DNA of 64,000 bases from Camelus dromedarius (lineage: Eukaryota): contig NC_087436.1 of assembly GCF_036321535.1 (NCBI RefSeq), positions 33,420,001-33,484,000 of the forward strand. The letters run 5' to 3'. The notes under the pieces were generated by a model, which saw nothing but the letters and a program-made list of their open reading frames with translations, was not told the origin of the DNA and did no database searches. Positions within the stretch are counted from its first letter, which is position 1, and the number at the start of each line of letters is the position of its first letter. This document shows, one piece after another, positions 50,605-62,780 of the stretch. The position numbers and the translations under genes are program-made.

Positions 50605-52600
50605 CAGTTAGCAGCCATTCCTCTTCTTCTCTCTCCACCTCACGCCCTGGTAACCACTGCTCTCCATGGATTTGTCTATCCTGGACATATCACATAAAAA
50701 AGGAAATCATGCAATATGCAGCCCTCTGTGTCTAGATTATTTAACATAGCATGATATTTTCAGTGTTCATCGATGTGGTAGCTTGTCTCAGTGTTTCATC
50801 CCTTTTTTATTGCTGAATCACATTCTATTATATGGATAGAGCACATATTTTCTCATTCCTGAGGGATGGGCATTTGGGTTACTTACCTTTTGGGGCTGTT
50901 ACAAATAATGGTTCTATTAAAATCGGTGTGCAAATTTTTGTGCAGGCATATGTTGTCGTTTCTCTTAGGTACACACCTAGGAGTAGAATTGTTTGGTCAT
51001 ATAGTAACTCTGTTTAAACTGTCAAACTATTTTCCAAAGCACATGCGTCATTTTATACTACCACCAGTAATGTATGAAGGTTCAAACTTCTTCACATTCT
51101 CACCAACATTTGTAATTTGTAGTTTGTAATCAAAAAGATGGACAACATTATGCGCCTTTTAAATTATATGAAGTATGTGTAATGGTATCTCATTGTGACT
51201 TTGATGTGAATTTTCCTAGTGACCAGTGATGCTGGACATTGTTTTCATGTGCTTATTGTCTGGTTGTACATCTTCTCTGGAGAACTATCTATTCAGTTCC
51301 TTTGCCAATTTTTAAATTGAGTTAATTGTCTTTTTACTGTTGAGTTGAGTTCTTTTATATATTATGTATAATAGTTACTTTTATATATATTATAGTTACT
51401 AGTCTCTTACTAGATACATGCTTTGCAAATATTTCCACTCACTCAGTGGTTATCTTTTCACTTCCTTGACATTGTCTGTGAAGCAAAGTTTTTTAAAAAG
51501 TCAACAAAGTCCAATTTATTTAATTCTCTTTTGTTGCTTGTGCCTTAGGATCATATATAAGAAACCATTACCTAGCTCCTGAATGTGAACATTTACACAT
51601 AAATATTTTTTCAAGAAATTCAGAGTTGTCGCTTTTAAATGAGACATTTGATCCATTTTTTAGGTAACTGTTTTATGTCGTATGAGGTAGGGTCCAAGTT
51701 CTTTGTTCACAGGAGGCTTTCCCATTGTCCCAGTACTATTTGTTGAAAAGACTTCTTTCCTTATTGAATTTTTGGCACTCTTACTGAGAATTGGTTGACT
51801 GTAAATACAGGAGTTTATTTCTGGATTCTCAATTCTATTCTGTTGATCTGTGTATCTCTTCTTATACCAGTAGGACAATGTCTTTAAGAAAAATTAATAC
51901 CCTGCCCTTTAGCTTTATTGAGATATAATTGACAGATACAATTGTACGATGTTTAAAATGTAACATGATGATTTGATTTACATATGCTTTGTGAAACAAT
52001 TCCTCCCATTGAGTTAATTAACAAATCTTTCATCTTACATATTAACCTTTTTTTTTTAATAAGAACATAGTGTCTTGATTATTGTAGATTTGTCATAAGT
52101 TTTAAAATTTGAAAGTGTGAATCTTCCAACTTTGTTCTTTTTTTCAAGATTGTCATTTTGGACTCCTTGAATTTCCATATGAATTTCAGATTCAATTGAT
52201 GAATTCTAAAAATAAACCAGCTAGAATTTTGATAAAGGATAGCTTTGAATATGTGAATCACTTTGGGAATTATTGGCACCTAAACAATATTACATTTTCC
52301 AGCTCATCAACATGAAATATCATTGCATTAATTTGGTCTTTACTTTCTTCCAACAGTATTTTGTAGTTTTCAGTGTGTAAGTTTTGCACGTCTTTTGTTA
52401 AGTTTATTCCCAAGTATTTTATTATTTGAAATGCTAGTATAAGTGAAATTTTTCCTTACTTTGATTTTCAAGTTGATCATTGCCAGTGTGTAGAACGCAA
52501 TTGACTTTTGTATGTTGAGCTTATCCTCTGCATGCTCACTGAACTCAGAGAGTTACTTTAATGTATGTGTGCGGATTCCTTATAATTTTTTCTGTACACA
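50605..52600 (-). mobile_element. L1MB-type 3' UTR/ORF2 fragment
   Basis: CCTGGTAACCACT...ATGGATTTGTCTATCCTGGACAT, ACCTAGGAGTAGAATTG, TTTATTTCTGGATTCTCAATTCTATTC, TCCAACTTTGTTCTTTTTTCAAGATTG. Confidence 0.88.
51885..52065 (-). mobile_element. Short L1 3' UTR fragment nested in the L1MB element
   Basis: AGCTTTATTGAGATATAATTGACA...TGTGAAACAATTCCTCCCATTGAGTTAATTAACA, with the host sequence duplicated (ACAATGTCTT / ATAGTGTCTT). Confidence 0.75.
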
Positions 52601-52659
52601 CTTTATATTTCCTAAGATAATTTTATGTATATCTTCTGATAAATTTAAAATTTAATAAC

Positions 52660-53059
52660 TGCATCAGTTAGGCTTTTTCAGAGAAACAAAAGAAATAGAA
52701 TTCAAACAGCAAAACAAATAAATAAGGAGATTTATTTTAGGAAGTAGACTCATGCAGTTGTGGGGGTGACAAATCTGAAACATACAGGGCAGCCCAAAAG
52801 GCTCGACACTCAGCTGGATTTTATGCTGAAGTCTTGAGGTAGCATTTCTTTCTGCGACATCTAGTTTTTGTTCTGACAGCTTTCATCTGATTGAATGAGG
52901 CCTATCAAAATAATCAGGAGTTATCTCCTTTACTTAAAGTCTACTCTCGGCTTTGTACATCTCTACGAAATACCTTCCTGGCAACATCTAGATTAATGTC
53001 TGATTAAATAACCGGATCCTGCAGCGTAGTCAAGTTGACCTGTGAGACTAACTATCACA
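52660..53059 (-). mobile_element. ERVL LTR MLT2 (MLT2D-like)
   Basis: TGCATCAGTTAGGCTTTTTCAGAGAAACA ... CTGATTGAATGAGGCC ... AAGTTGACCTGTGAGACTAACTATCACA. Degenerate 5-bp TSD ATAAC/GCAAC. Confidence 0.85.
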
Positions 53060-55094
53060 GCAACCAAAATATTACTTACTGTTGTACATTTCTATCCACA
53101 GTGTTTCTGTATTGAAATTTAAAATACATCAGAGCTAGACTGGACAGAAACTAAAAATTCTGTGGTATTTTAAGAGAAACATAAGTTTAAATATTATTTT
53201 TCCGTCTGTAGCATAGATTGCTTAGACACATAATCTCAAAAGTGTTTGGGCACTGAATTTTTCCTTAACTGTTATGTGAGAACTATGCAAAGAATTTTAC
53301 TTAAATCAACTATACCTCAGTTAAACAATTTTAATTTTATTTATCTCTCAGAATGACAAGGTAGGAAACCTTACCAAGTCTTTTGTACCTTCCCATGGTA
53401 CTTCCCATATCAGATTCAGCTGCATTTTTTTCTGAATTAAATACACCCCTGCCAGTATTCAAGGAAGCACAGTAGCATGGGCCATTTATTCACAAAGTGG
53501 CAGAAGTGAGATTTTCAGGTCTCAGGTTCCTCTTGTTTGTCCTTTCAGACCGCCTCCTGCTGATATCTCTTTGTTGTGCTGGGAACAGTTGGGTGTCATT
53601 AAACAGTAGGTGAAAGGTGAGTGGGTGAAGAAAGCAATCCATTCTGATCTTCGTAACTAGCCATTACTTAACTCCTGCTGGGTCAGCATCTCCAGAAGGG
53701 ACAAGATGGGCAGTTATAAAAAAGGAACAGCCAGAGAATAGCTATAAAATGTTTATAGAACACCTATAAAATGACCCCTGAGGCTCGGTGAAATGGCTGC
53801 TTTAGAGTTAAAGCATAGATTCCAGACTACTGTCTGACCCCCTGCTCTGCAAGAGGCCACCTTCACACTCACTAAACCAGCTGAACCCAACCATTGGCTT
53901 CTAACTTTCTTTTTGTCCTTAAGGAGCCTATAAATTAGGAGAGTGGGGAATGTTCGTCACATATGACTTTGGATTACTTAACTGACTTAAGTTTGGGGGC
54001 CAGGTCTGCTAATAGACAGACTTTCATTTATATGGCTGGTCCAGACGGAATACCAGGCTCTGGCTGGGCTGAAATGCTGTGGGTGATTATGATACTATGA
54101 TGGGTGGGCCGTTGTGCTTGATCTTGACAACCTGGTGTTGGTAGTTTGTGTGGTTAGCAGTTACAGAACCCCTCCCCATCAATTTACAAAAGATTAAAAA
54201 AGCTTGTCCTTTGAGAGGTAATAAGTCAACCTGAAGATTACTGGAAATATGAATAAAAAGATTAAGACTTTTCAAACTGTAGTCCAGGTCATTGTTGTAT
54301 AAATTATTTCTATCACTCGCTACATTTTATTGAGATGTTAGTGTGTAACAAAAAGAATAATTTTGAGTGATATTTCAAATATCATGTGATGAGATCAGAG
54401 GATTTATTTCTGCTTCACAGTAAATTGACTTCTTCGGTAACTAGAATATTCATGCCTATTTGATTCCTCACCCTTGAATATACTGGACATTTTATTGCTT
54501 TTGTGATTTGGATTTTCATTTTTATTCTCCCAGTTAGCATGTGATAAAGTTAAATTTTGCCTTTAAATATTCCAGGTTGACTCACTTGTAACATTGTGTT
54601 TTGATGAATATAAATTGATAGATTATGAGAGATAAGAATACCAATCCCACAGATAGACTGGATCTTAATATCACAACGAGGCCTTCATGTAGTTTGCATC
54701 TTTTGTCTAAAAGGTGGAGCAAATAATAGGCAGCAATGGGCTTCTTGTAAAATGAATTACTAAACACAAAGCCAAAATGATACCCCTCTTAGGTTATATG
54801 TGTTTGCTTTCCAGAATATTATCTCATTAACTTTTAAAACTTTGGCCTTTGTTTTGTCAGTATTGAAACATTTTCTACTGGTTCTGTATCATTGCCCTTC
54901 ATCACTATAAATTTTGGGGGAAAGCATTTTGGGAGGTTTTTTCCATTAACTTTAGAATTCTTTATTAACATTGTAATCACAGTAAGACTAAACATCTGAA
55001 ACATGAAGTAAGGTTATAGTTTCCTGCAGCTCCTCCTTAATGCTTCGCTGTTTAGTGGAATCTCACATAAAGACTAGATTTAAAAAACACATAT

Positions 55095-55345
55095 AGTCAA
55101 TAATAATGTGGTATCTGTGTGGTAATAGATGCTCTCTAGACTTATCGTGGTGATTATTTTGTAATGAATAGAAATATCAGATCACTATGTTGTGTACCAG
55201 GAGCTAACATGGTGTTGTAGGTCTGTTATACTTCAAAAAAAAAAAAAAAAAAGAAACAGACTCACAAAAAGACATCAGATTTGTAGTTAGCAGATTCAGG
55301 GGTGGGGAGAGAGGGAACTGGATGAAGGTGGTCAGAAAAAAAAGG
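55095..55345 (+). mobile_element. Laurasiatherian L1 3' UTR fragment
   Basis: CTAGACTTATCGTGGTGATTATTTTGTAATG...TATACTTCAAAA...ACTCACAAAAAGACATCAGATTTGTAGTT...GGATGAAGGTGGTCAG. Flanks AAAAAACAC(AC)ATATA are TSD-like. Confidence 0.8.
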
Positions 55346-55439
55346 AAAAAACACACATATATTATAGAACGCAATTTCCATGGAATATCCAAATCATCAG
55401 TGAATCCTTTTTAAAATAATGTTTACAAGATTTCTTGAA

Positions 55440-56200
55440 ATAAAATAGTTTTGATCATAAAAAGCATAAATGTGCATTATAGAAAATGCAAGCAATATGA
55501 AGTTATATAGAAGAAAGGTAGGTGACAATTGTAGATATCTCTGAATTCTATACATATTTTTAGGCATTATTTTTCTAAACATACTACTTTCTCAACCTTT
55601 TTTTCAAATTTATATTTGTGGTTATTTCCATAAACAGATATAGGTATCCATCATAATTATAGTGCCTGCATTATGTACTAATCTGTGAATGTATTATAAT
55701 TAATTTAACCAATTAAAAACTGCTGTTTATAAGTTTTCACTGTTTTATATAGCACCTTAAAAAAACAGCTCCATGTACATGATTCTTTGCAAATTTATGT
55801 AGTTACCTACCATGGCGTACATTTCTAATATTGGAAGTGCTGAGGCTAAAAGTATCTACATTTTAAACATAGAGAACAAATAGGTATTGCAAACAAGGGG
55901 TTTCAAACAGGCTGTGTCTGCTTATACTCCTATTAACAATTCAGAGACATCTCCTGTTACCTCACAGCCTGGCTAACACTGAAGTTGGCAAAATTTACAT
56001 AGTTTTTAATTTTATAGGCAGAAGAAATGTGTGACTATTTTCTTGGAATTTTTTGAGTTTCAAAGAGGTTATTTTATATGTAGTTCATTTGTATTCTTGT
56101 GAAAGAAGTTATATATTTTAACTATTTTCTAATGAAAATGTTTGCCACTTTTTTCACTTAATTTTGTTTTACTAATTCATTTTTTTAGACTTTCTTGGAC
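55440..56200 (-). mobile_element. Old L1ME 3' fragment
   Basis: TATAATTAATTTAACCAAT, TTTCTAATATTGGAAGTGCTGAGGCTAAAAGTAT, ATACTCCTATTAACAAT. Confidence 0.5.
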
Positions 56201-56885
56201 TTTCTAATTTTTAAATTAACATTTATCTTAAATTATAAAATCAATCCTTATTTCCATATTTTCTGGGATTCATCAATAATCTAGGGCTCCTCAGAGCTAC
56301 CTTCTGGAGGAAACAAGTTTTTGTTTTTTTTGTTTTTTTTCTTTTTAGATACTTTACCCAAAAACACAAGAAATGACTCAGACATTGAAGTATAGATTTT
56401 TTTGCTGATTTCATGGTTTAGGAAAGGTATATGTGTATTATCCATTCTTTTTTTTTCCTTATATGATAGTATATTTCTATTTTCTTCAGTGGAAAAAAAA
56501 AACTTGAATGATTTACAAATCCTTGTTTTACATCATTTTCTCCATTAAAACTCTATACACATTGGCTCATTTTCTCTGTCATCTCATGTTGTTAAGAGGG
56601 CTGTGGTCATCCTTATTTTCTATTCTTTGTAGAAGATCCAATTAGTCGGCCAGGATTCTTAAAACATTCTATCTTTAAACTATTGATGATAACTAACTGC
56701 ATGATGATATGATTAAATTGTCTCTCATTAATTTTTCCTGACCCAAAGTAAGATACATAAGTTTGAAAATACGTATATTCCTTTAATTTAGGAAAAACTG
56801 AGTTGATGGCATCTCTGAATGTATTTTTTCAGACTTACCAGGAAATATTTTAGGTCTTTGTTTAGTGTCTATCTTTTATACCTAC

Positions 56886-57315
56886 TGTATCAGTCAGAGT
56901 TCTCCAGAAAAACAGAACCAGCAAGATGTCTGTCTCTCCATCTGGGTATCTATCTGTGTACTATCCATCTATCTATTAAGGATAGAGGTTTATTTCAAGG
57001 AATTAACTTACAGGATCGTGGGGGCTGGCAAGGAACAAATCCATACGGCAGATTCATATGTTGAAAAATCTCTACTAGGAATGATGCTATAACCTTGAGG
57101 CAGAATTTTTCTTCAGGGAAACCATAGTTTGTTCTTAAGGGCTTCAACTGATTGGGTGAGGCCCACCACATCAAGGAGGAGGATAATATACTTAAAGTCA
57201 ATTAATAGTAGATGTTAATTAACCACATCTACAGAACACTTTCATAGCAACACCTAGATTGGTGTTTGATTTAATCAAACTACTGGGCGTTATAGCCTAG
57301 GTTGACACCATCACA
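56886..57315 (-). mobile_element. ERVL LTR MLT2 (MLT2D-like), second copy
   Basis: TGTATCAGTCAGAGTTCTCCAGAAAAACAGAACCAG ... CTGATTGGGTGAGGCCCACC ... GTTGACACCATCACA. Degenerate TSD CCTAC/TCTAT. Confidence 0.88.
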
Positions 57316-58931
57316 TCTATTCTCTGATTCTTCACCTTTATTCTTCTGCTACTGTAACAATTTGTGATCTTTCTTAAGCCTGGATTCTATAGTTGATCTG
57401 ATGTTCTTATTAGGTTTTGATTATGTGATCGTGTTTTTTTCACTTTAATTCATTGACTTTGCTCTGACAGTTCCATTTCATCTTATTTTGGTGTCTCATA
57501 ACTTACTTGGCACTAAAAAGAACACATGAAACAAATAATTTATTGTCTGGAACGAATATTATTTTTTTTTAACCAAAGGAAGTGCTAAAATATATCCTTT
57601 ACTTATGTTTCTTTCTAATTTTCTTGCTGAAGAATTTTGTCTTGGTTTGTACTAGTTTTTCTTTTTGTCATTTATATTTCACTTGGGAAAATTCTGTTCA
57701 AACTTGCCATTATCAAATCCAAAATAATGGAGCTAGAATCTCTTTAATTCCTAAGCATTTTAATGTAAGTTTTGATTGAATGAAATTCTTTAACTAGAAT
57801 TTGAAATTGTTCTCTAGTTTTTCAGCTGATCAGCTGCATGAGGGATTTAAGGTGGGGGCTTGGAATCAGGTGTGGAGGCATTTTGAGAAAGTTTCTGCCA
57901 TATGTGTTGCCTCCAAAACAGTGAAAAATCTCTGCACTAGGGATCAGCTCAGATAAAACTTTTTAGGGTTTCTAGAGAGAACCTTTCAGGTTTTGACCTG
58001 TTTTGCTACTTTGGAATGAGCCAGCTATGATGGCTGGATTCATGTTGATAAAATTTATGCTGGTTATGGCTAAATGTGTTTGGTGAAAATCATAAAATTA
58101 TCTCTGAATAGGTTAATTTCATCATCAAAATTTAAGATATTTCTAAATTATGAATCTGTTTCTTGTCCCCAAATCTTCATCCTGGACATTATTCTTCTAG
58201 AAGCTGAGAACAGGTCAGTAATAATGCCCTTAAAATCCTATGACCTCTCCTTCACATTTAACACCATGTTTATAACACACTGATAGCATAGATCTTTAGA
58301 AAGTTAATCCTCACTTCTCCAAACACTTGCCATATCTCTAACCACACACCTTCCATAGGATTCTTAGAAGAATCTACAGAAAGAACTCTAATTGAATTCA
58401 ACATAATGTACACAGATCTCCAATAGTGAAACTGTTTGTTAACTCTAGGTATACTCCTCCAGTTTGGTACATGTTATATTGTCATGGTAACTACTTCTCA
58501 GAAGTGGTGCTAGATGGATGTGACCACCCCCATCCTCTCCACTCTCTCACCTAACATTACTTTCTTTAATGTTCTTGTCTTATTTGCCCTAGTGTATTTC
58601 AAGGGATTTTCTTCAAATGTGCACTATGCTGACTGAATATTTCTTAATTTAAAAAAAATCATTTTTTGAATAAATTCAAGTTGAATAAGAGGTATGAAAT
58701 TAATTTGGAAGTGTATAAGGCAGAGAGAGAATACCTAAATACTAATCTTCACTTTCCTTAGGTGATGTATGAAGTTCTATAAAATAAAATAATTACCTTT
58801 AGAAAACCTTATTCTTAAATAATATTTCATTGAAGGTACAAAGATTCTTGGAGGTGAACATTTTAACTGATTTTCTAGAAAGAGCAATTTAGAAATGAGA
58901 GAAGCTAACAATCGTTTATTAGTGACATTTT

Positions 58932-59050
58932 TTTTTCCATTCAACAAGTATTTATCGAACATTTATTGTATGCCAATCACTATGCTAAACATTGGGATTT
59001 TAGTGGAGGATGAGGCAGACATGGTGACATTTCTATGTGAGCTGCTCGCT
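58932..59050 (-). mobile_element. L2 3' end
   Basis: TTCCATTCAACAAGTATTTATCGAACATTTATTGTATGCCAATCACTATGCTAAAC. Confidence 0.65.
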
Positions 59051-59219
59051 GTACATGTGTCTAATCATGATGACAAAATTGTGTGTAATTATTTTAAATT
59101 TCAATTTGAAAGTAAGGATGGCCATATTCCTAGTAAATTGAAAAGTATGGATTATCCAAAGATGAATAACTATACTGTTTGGCCCAAATCTGTCCAGATG
59201 AAGTAGAAAAAGTGATGAA

Positions 59220-59637
59220 GGGGGAATGAAAATATAACATCAAAGTTTACTAGAGATTCTACCTTAGGACTTAGAGTCAGAAGCACAATTTTAAGCCTAA
59301 AGCAAGCCCAAGAAAGAAAATAATAAAAAAATTAGAGCACAAATATTGAAGCTGAAAATATAAAGGAAATCAAGAAAATCAGCAAAAATCAAAAGCTGAT
59401 TCTTTTATATTTCCACTCCTGAGTATATATCTAAAAAAACAAAAACAGAAACACTAATTTAAAAAGATACATGCACACCAGTGTTAATAGCAGCATTATT
59501 TTTCAATAGCCAAGACAAGGAAGAAGCAACCTAAGTGCCCATTAACAGATAAAGGATAAATAAAATGTGACTGTTTAGTTCACAGAAGAAGAAAAAAAGA
59601 AAAAAAAAGTAAATGTAAGTCAATCCTAATTAAAGGT

Positions 59638-59671
<34 letters not shown>

Positions 59672-60585
59672 ATAGATAACAATGGAATACTACTCAGCCA
59701 TAAAAAAAACTAATGAAATTTTCCACTTGCAGTAATATGGAAGGACTTGCAGGGCATTATGCTAAGTAAAATAAGTCAGACAGAGAAAGACAAATATTGT
59801 ATGATATCACTTATATGTGGAATCTAAAAATATAACAAACTAGTGAATATAACAAAATAAAAACAAAAGCTGATTCTTTGACAAAAATCAGTGAAACTGA
59901 TAAATCTTAGCCAAATACAGAAACAGTATTTGAGACTAGTATGGCAACAAGTAGACTAGTTTCTTTAATTTACAAGGATTTTCTGTGAATCAGTAGAAAG
60001 ATACAGAATCATAGTAAAAATTGGGCCCGAAATGTGACTGTTTAGTTCACAGAAGAAGAAAAAAAGAAAGTAAATGTAAGTCAATCATAATTAAAGGTAA
60101 GGAAATCAAAATGATGAAGAATTTCTCTACCACACCAGTGAGACTGAGACAGGGGAATCACATCAGGACTGAGAAGCTTTAGGGAAGACAGCTGCCCATC
60201 TGTGCTCTTGTCTAGAGTGCAGACTCTTTTGAGCACTTTTAGAGGGCATTTTGGCTAAAGTGTATGTGTAAGGATAAGGAGACACAAGACAGTATTTTGC
60301 TCTTTCTATAAATATTCCAAAAAGATGAATAAAAAAACTTATAAAACCCATTTTCAATCTGTCTAAATGTGAATGCATTTACATTTAGATACAGATACTC
60401 CACTTACAGAAATGTGTTCAATTAGGACAAAATTGTATACATATACAAATATAAATACACAAAATTCTTATTTCAGTGTTAACATTACAACAGTTATTAA
60501 GTTCATCAAAGGTAAAATGCTAAATAAGCTGATATATAATCATTTGAGAAATACTGTGCAACATTTAAAAAGTGATGTAGCTGAC
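59220..60585 (+). mobile_element. Old L1ME ORF2/3' fragments hosting a younger L1 insertion
   Basis: AAATCAGCAAAAATCAAAAGCTGATTCTTTG ACAAAAATCAGTGAAACTGATAAA, AGTTCACAGAAGAAGAAA, GAGGGCATTTTGGC. Confidence 0.6.
59406..59863 (+). mobile_element. Younger laurasiatherian L1 fragment, truncated at both ends, with a perfect 16-bp TSD
   Basis: TSD CAAAAGCTGATTCTTT at 59390-59405 and 59864-59879. AATGGAATACTACTCAGCCATAAAA, ATAAGTCAGACAGAGAAAGACAAATA, CACTTATATGTGGAATCTAAAAA. Confidence 0.9.
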
Positions 60586-60766
60586 TGATATATATGAAAT
60601 GGATAAACAACAAGTTCTTACTGTATAGCACAGGAAACTATAGTAACTTATGGTAAAAAGGAGTATGAAAACGAATATATGTATGTTCATGTATGACTGA
60701 AGCATTGTGCTGTACACCAGAACACGACATTGTAAACTGACTGTACTTCAATAAATAAATAAATAA

Positions 60767-60770
<4 letters not shown>
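60586..60770 (+). mobile_element. Young camelid-type L1 3' end with (AAAT)n tail
   Basis: GGATAAACAACAAGTTCTTACTGTATAGCACAGG...GCTGTACACCAGAA...GTAAACTGACTGTACTTCAATAAA. Confidence 0.85.
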
Positions 60771-60815
<45 letters not shown>

Positions 60816-60835
60816 AAGTGAAGGAGAACCTTATA

Positions 60836-61540
60836 GTCATCAGTATGGCTGCTGTCAAGAAAAAAAAAAAGAAAATAACAAATGTTTGTGAGGATGTGGA
60901 CAAATTGGAATGCTTGTATAATGTTGGTCGAATGTAAAATGGTACAGTCACTATGAAAAAAAGTATGGTAGTTCCTCAAAAAATTAAAATACAATTTCCA
61001 TATATGGTCCAGCCATTCCACTTCTAGGTATACACTCAAAAGAACTGAAAGCACGATGTTGAAGAAATATTTCTACATATGTGTCCGTGGCAGCATTATT
61101 CACAATAGCCAAAAGGTCTTAACAACCCAAGTGTCGACTGAAGGAAAAATGGGTAAACAAAATGTGGTGTATACCTACATTGAAACGCTATTCAGCCTTA
61201 AAAAGGAAGGGAATTGTGACACATGATACACGATGGATAAACTTCAAGAGCGTTATGCTAAGTGAAACAGACAGCCTCAAAAAAGACAAATACTGTTTTA
61301 CTCCAGTTATATGAGATGCCTAAAGTAGTCAAATTCATAGAAATACAAAATAGAATTGTGGCTGCAAGAGGCTCCCAGGGGAGGGGACTTGTTTAAAGGG
61401 TATAGAGTTTCAATTTTGCAAGATGAACAAGTTCTGGAGCTTGATTATACAATGATGTGAGTATACTTAATAAGTAGCTACACAGTAAAATGCTTAAAAT
61501 GGTAATTTTCTGTGTTTTGCCGTAATTTTGAAAAAAACAT
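60836..61540 (+). mobile_element. L1MA/MB 3' fragment
   Basis: ATAACAAATGTTTGTGAGGATGTGGA, GTTCCTCAAAAAATTAAAA, GCAGCATTATTCACAATAGCCAAAAGG, TTTGCAAGATGAACAAGTTCTGGAG. Confidence 0.88.
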
Positions 61541-62389
61541 TTACTTATATGGAAAAGTTTAAAATGTGGCTAATACTAAATGAAAAAAATAATAGTGTTA
61601 CACTGTGATCTAATTTGTGGATGAAGACTGTGTGTATATGTGTGTACCAACTCAAGTGATTATGGACATGAGAAGACTAGCTTTTGGTTGAGAGAGTTTA
61701 CATCATTTACATTATTTTATTTTAGAAATAGAAGCATGTATTACATTTCAAGTAAAATAAAGGAATGAAGGAATATATAGTTGACAGTAGTATTCAATGA
61801 ATTTTGGCAATCATATAAATATTATCTATGACAGTGATAAATTAATTAAAATATCATTTAAGTATATTGTTTTAAAATTAATCCATGCCATTATAAATAC
61901 TTTTTGTATAGATTAATTTTAATTCATTAAGTAATAAAACTAAAAAATGTACTAAGGTGTTTCTTAGACCTCTGATACCATATGGCAAAGGAATATTTTT
62001 TGGATGCTTTTGCTTTCATTCTGCTCAAGCTACCCCCAGGATCTGTTGGATGATTTCCAGTCATACTACTTAAAATAAATATCTATAATTTTTATTGACA
62101 GCAGCTATCTTCAAAATGTCAAATCTACTAATTTGTGTGCAAGATACTCTAGCAGGTGCAATAATGACAGCTTAAGGCCAGAAAGAGATACAAAAAAATT
62201 AATGAGACCTTGTGCTTTGAGGATATTTATAAAATTCTTGTTATTTTATGAGTTCAAATGAAGGTCAAAAGAAAGTATTGGTGTAGGGGTGAGGGGGACA
62301 GGAGAAAATGACATGCTATTTTTGTAAGTAATCTAAAGAGAGAAATAAAAAATCATTACAAATAATTGAATCATGTCTAAGAAGACAGA

Positions 62390-62780
62390 TATGTTTTACT
62401 TTTTAGAGAAAAAGTTTTGCAGCGCAGGCCAAGCAGAGGGTCTAGGCAGAAAAATGATTCTCTTGCTGCAGGGAGTTTCATGCAAGTAGTATTCACCTTG
62501 GCACAGTCACCCTGTGCCCTCAGCTATGATTGGTTTTCTGCTTTATAGATAAAAAGGAGCAATGTTGACTTCTGATTAGGGGTAAACTTATTGCACTAAA
62601 GCAGTTAGTTTCATTAACAAAGTGAATTTATCAAGATTCAATCATAGGCAAGTAACAAAATCTGTATGCTTAGTGTATCATGCCTGAGACAGTCTTAATT
62701 CCGCATCAGGGGCCTCGGCTAAATGACCAAAGGACGGCAACAAAATCCATCTTAGTGTGAATCTTTTTTTCATTTTTCAC
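62390..62780 (-). mobile_element. Probable ERV1-type LTR remnant
   Basis: Antisense LTR-like pattern (TGATTGG, TTTATAG, ...CCATCTTAG...CATTTTTCA end). Family not recognised. Confidence 0.35.

Noticed and set aside
52660..57315. Two same-orientation MLT2 LTRs as the ends of one provirus
   Set aside because: Each has its own degenerate 5-bp TSD, and the intervening DNA is L1 and unique sequence, not ERVL internal sequence.
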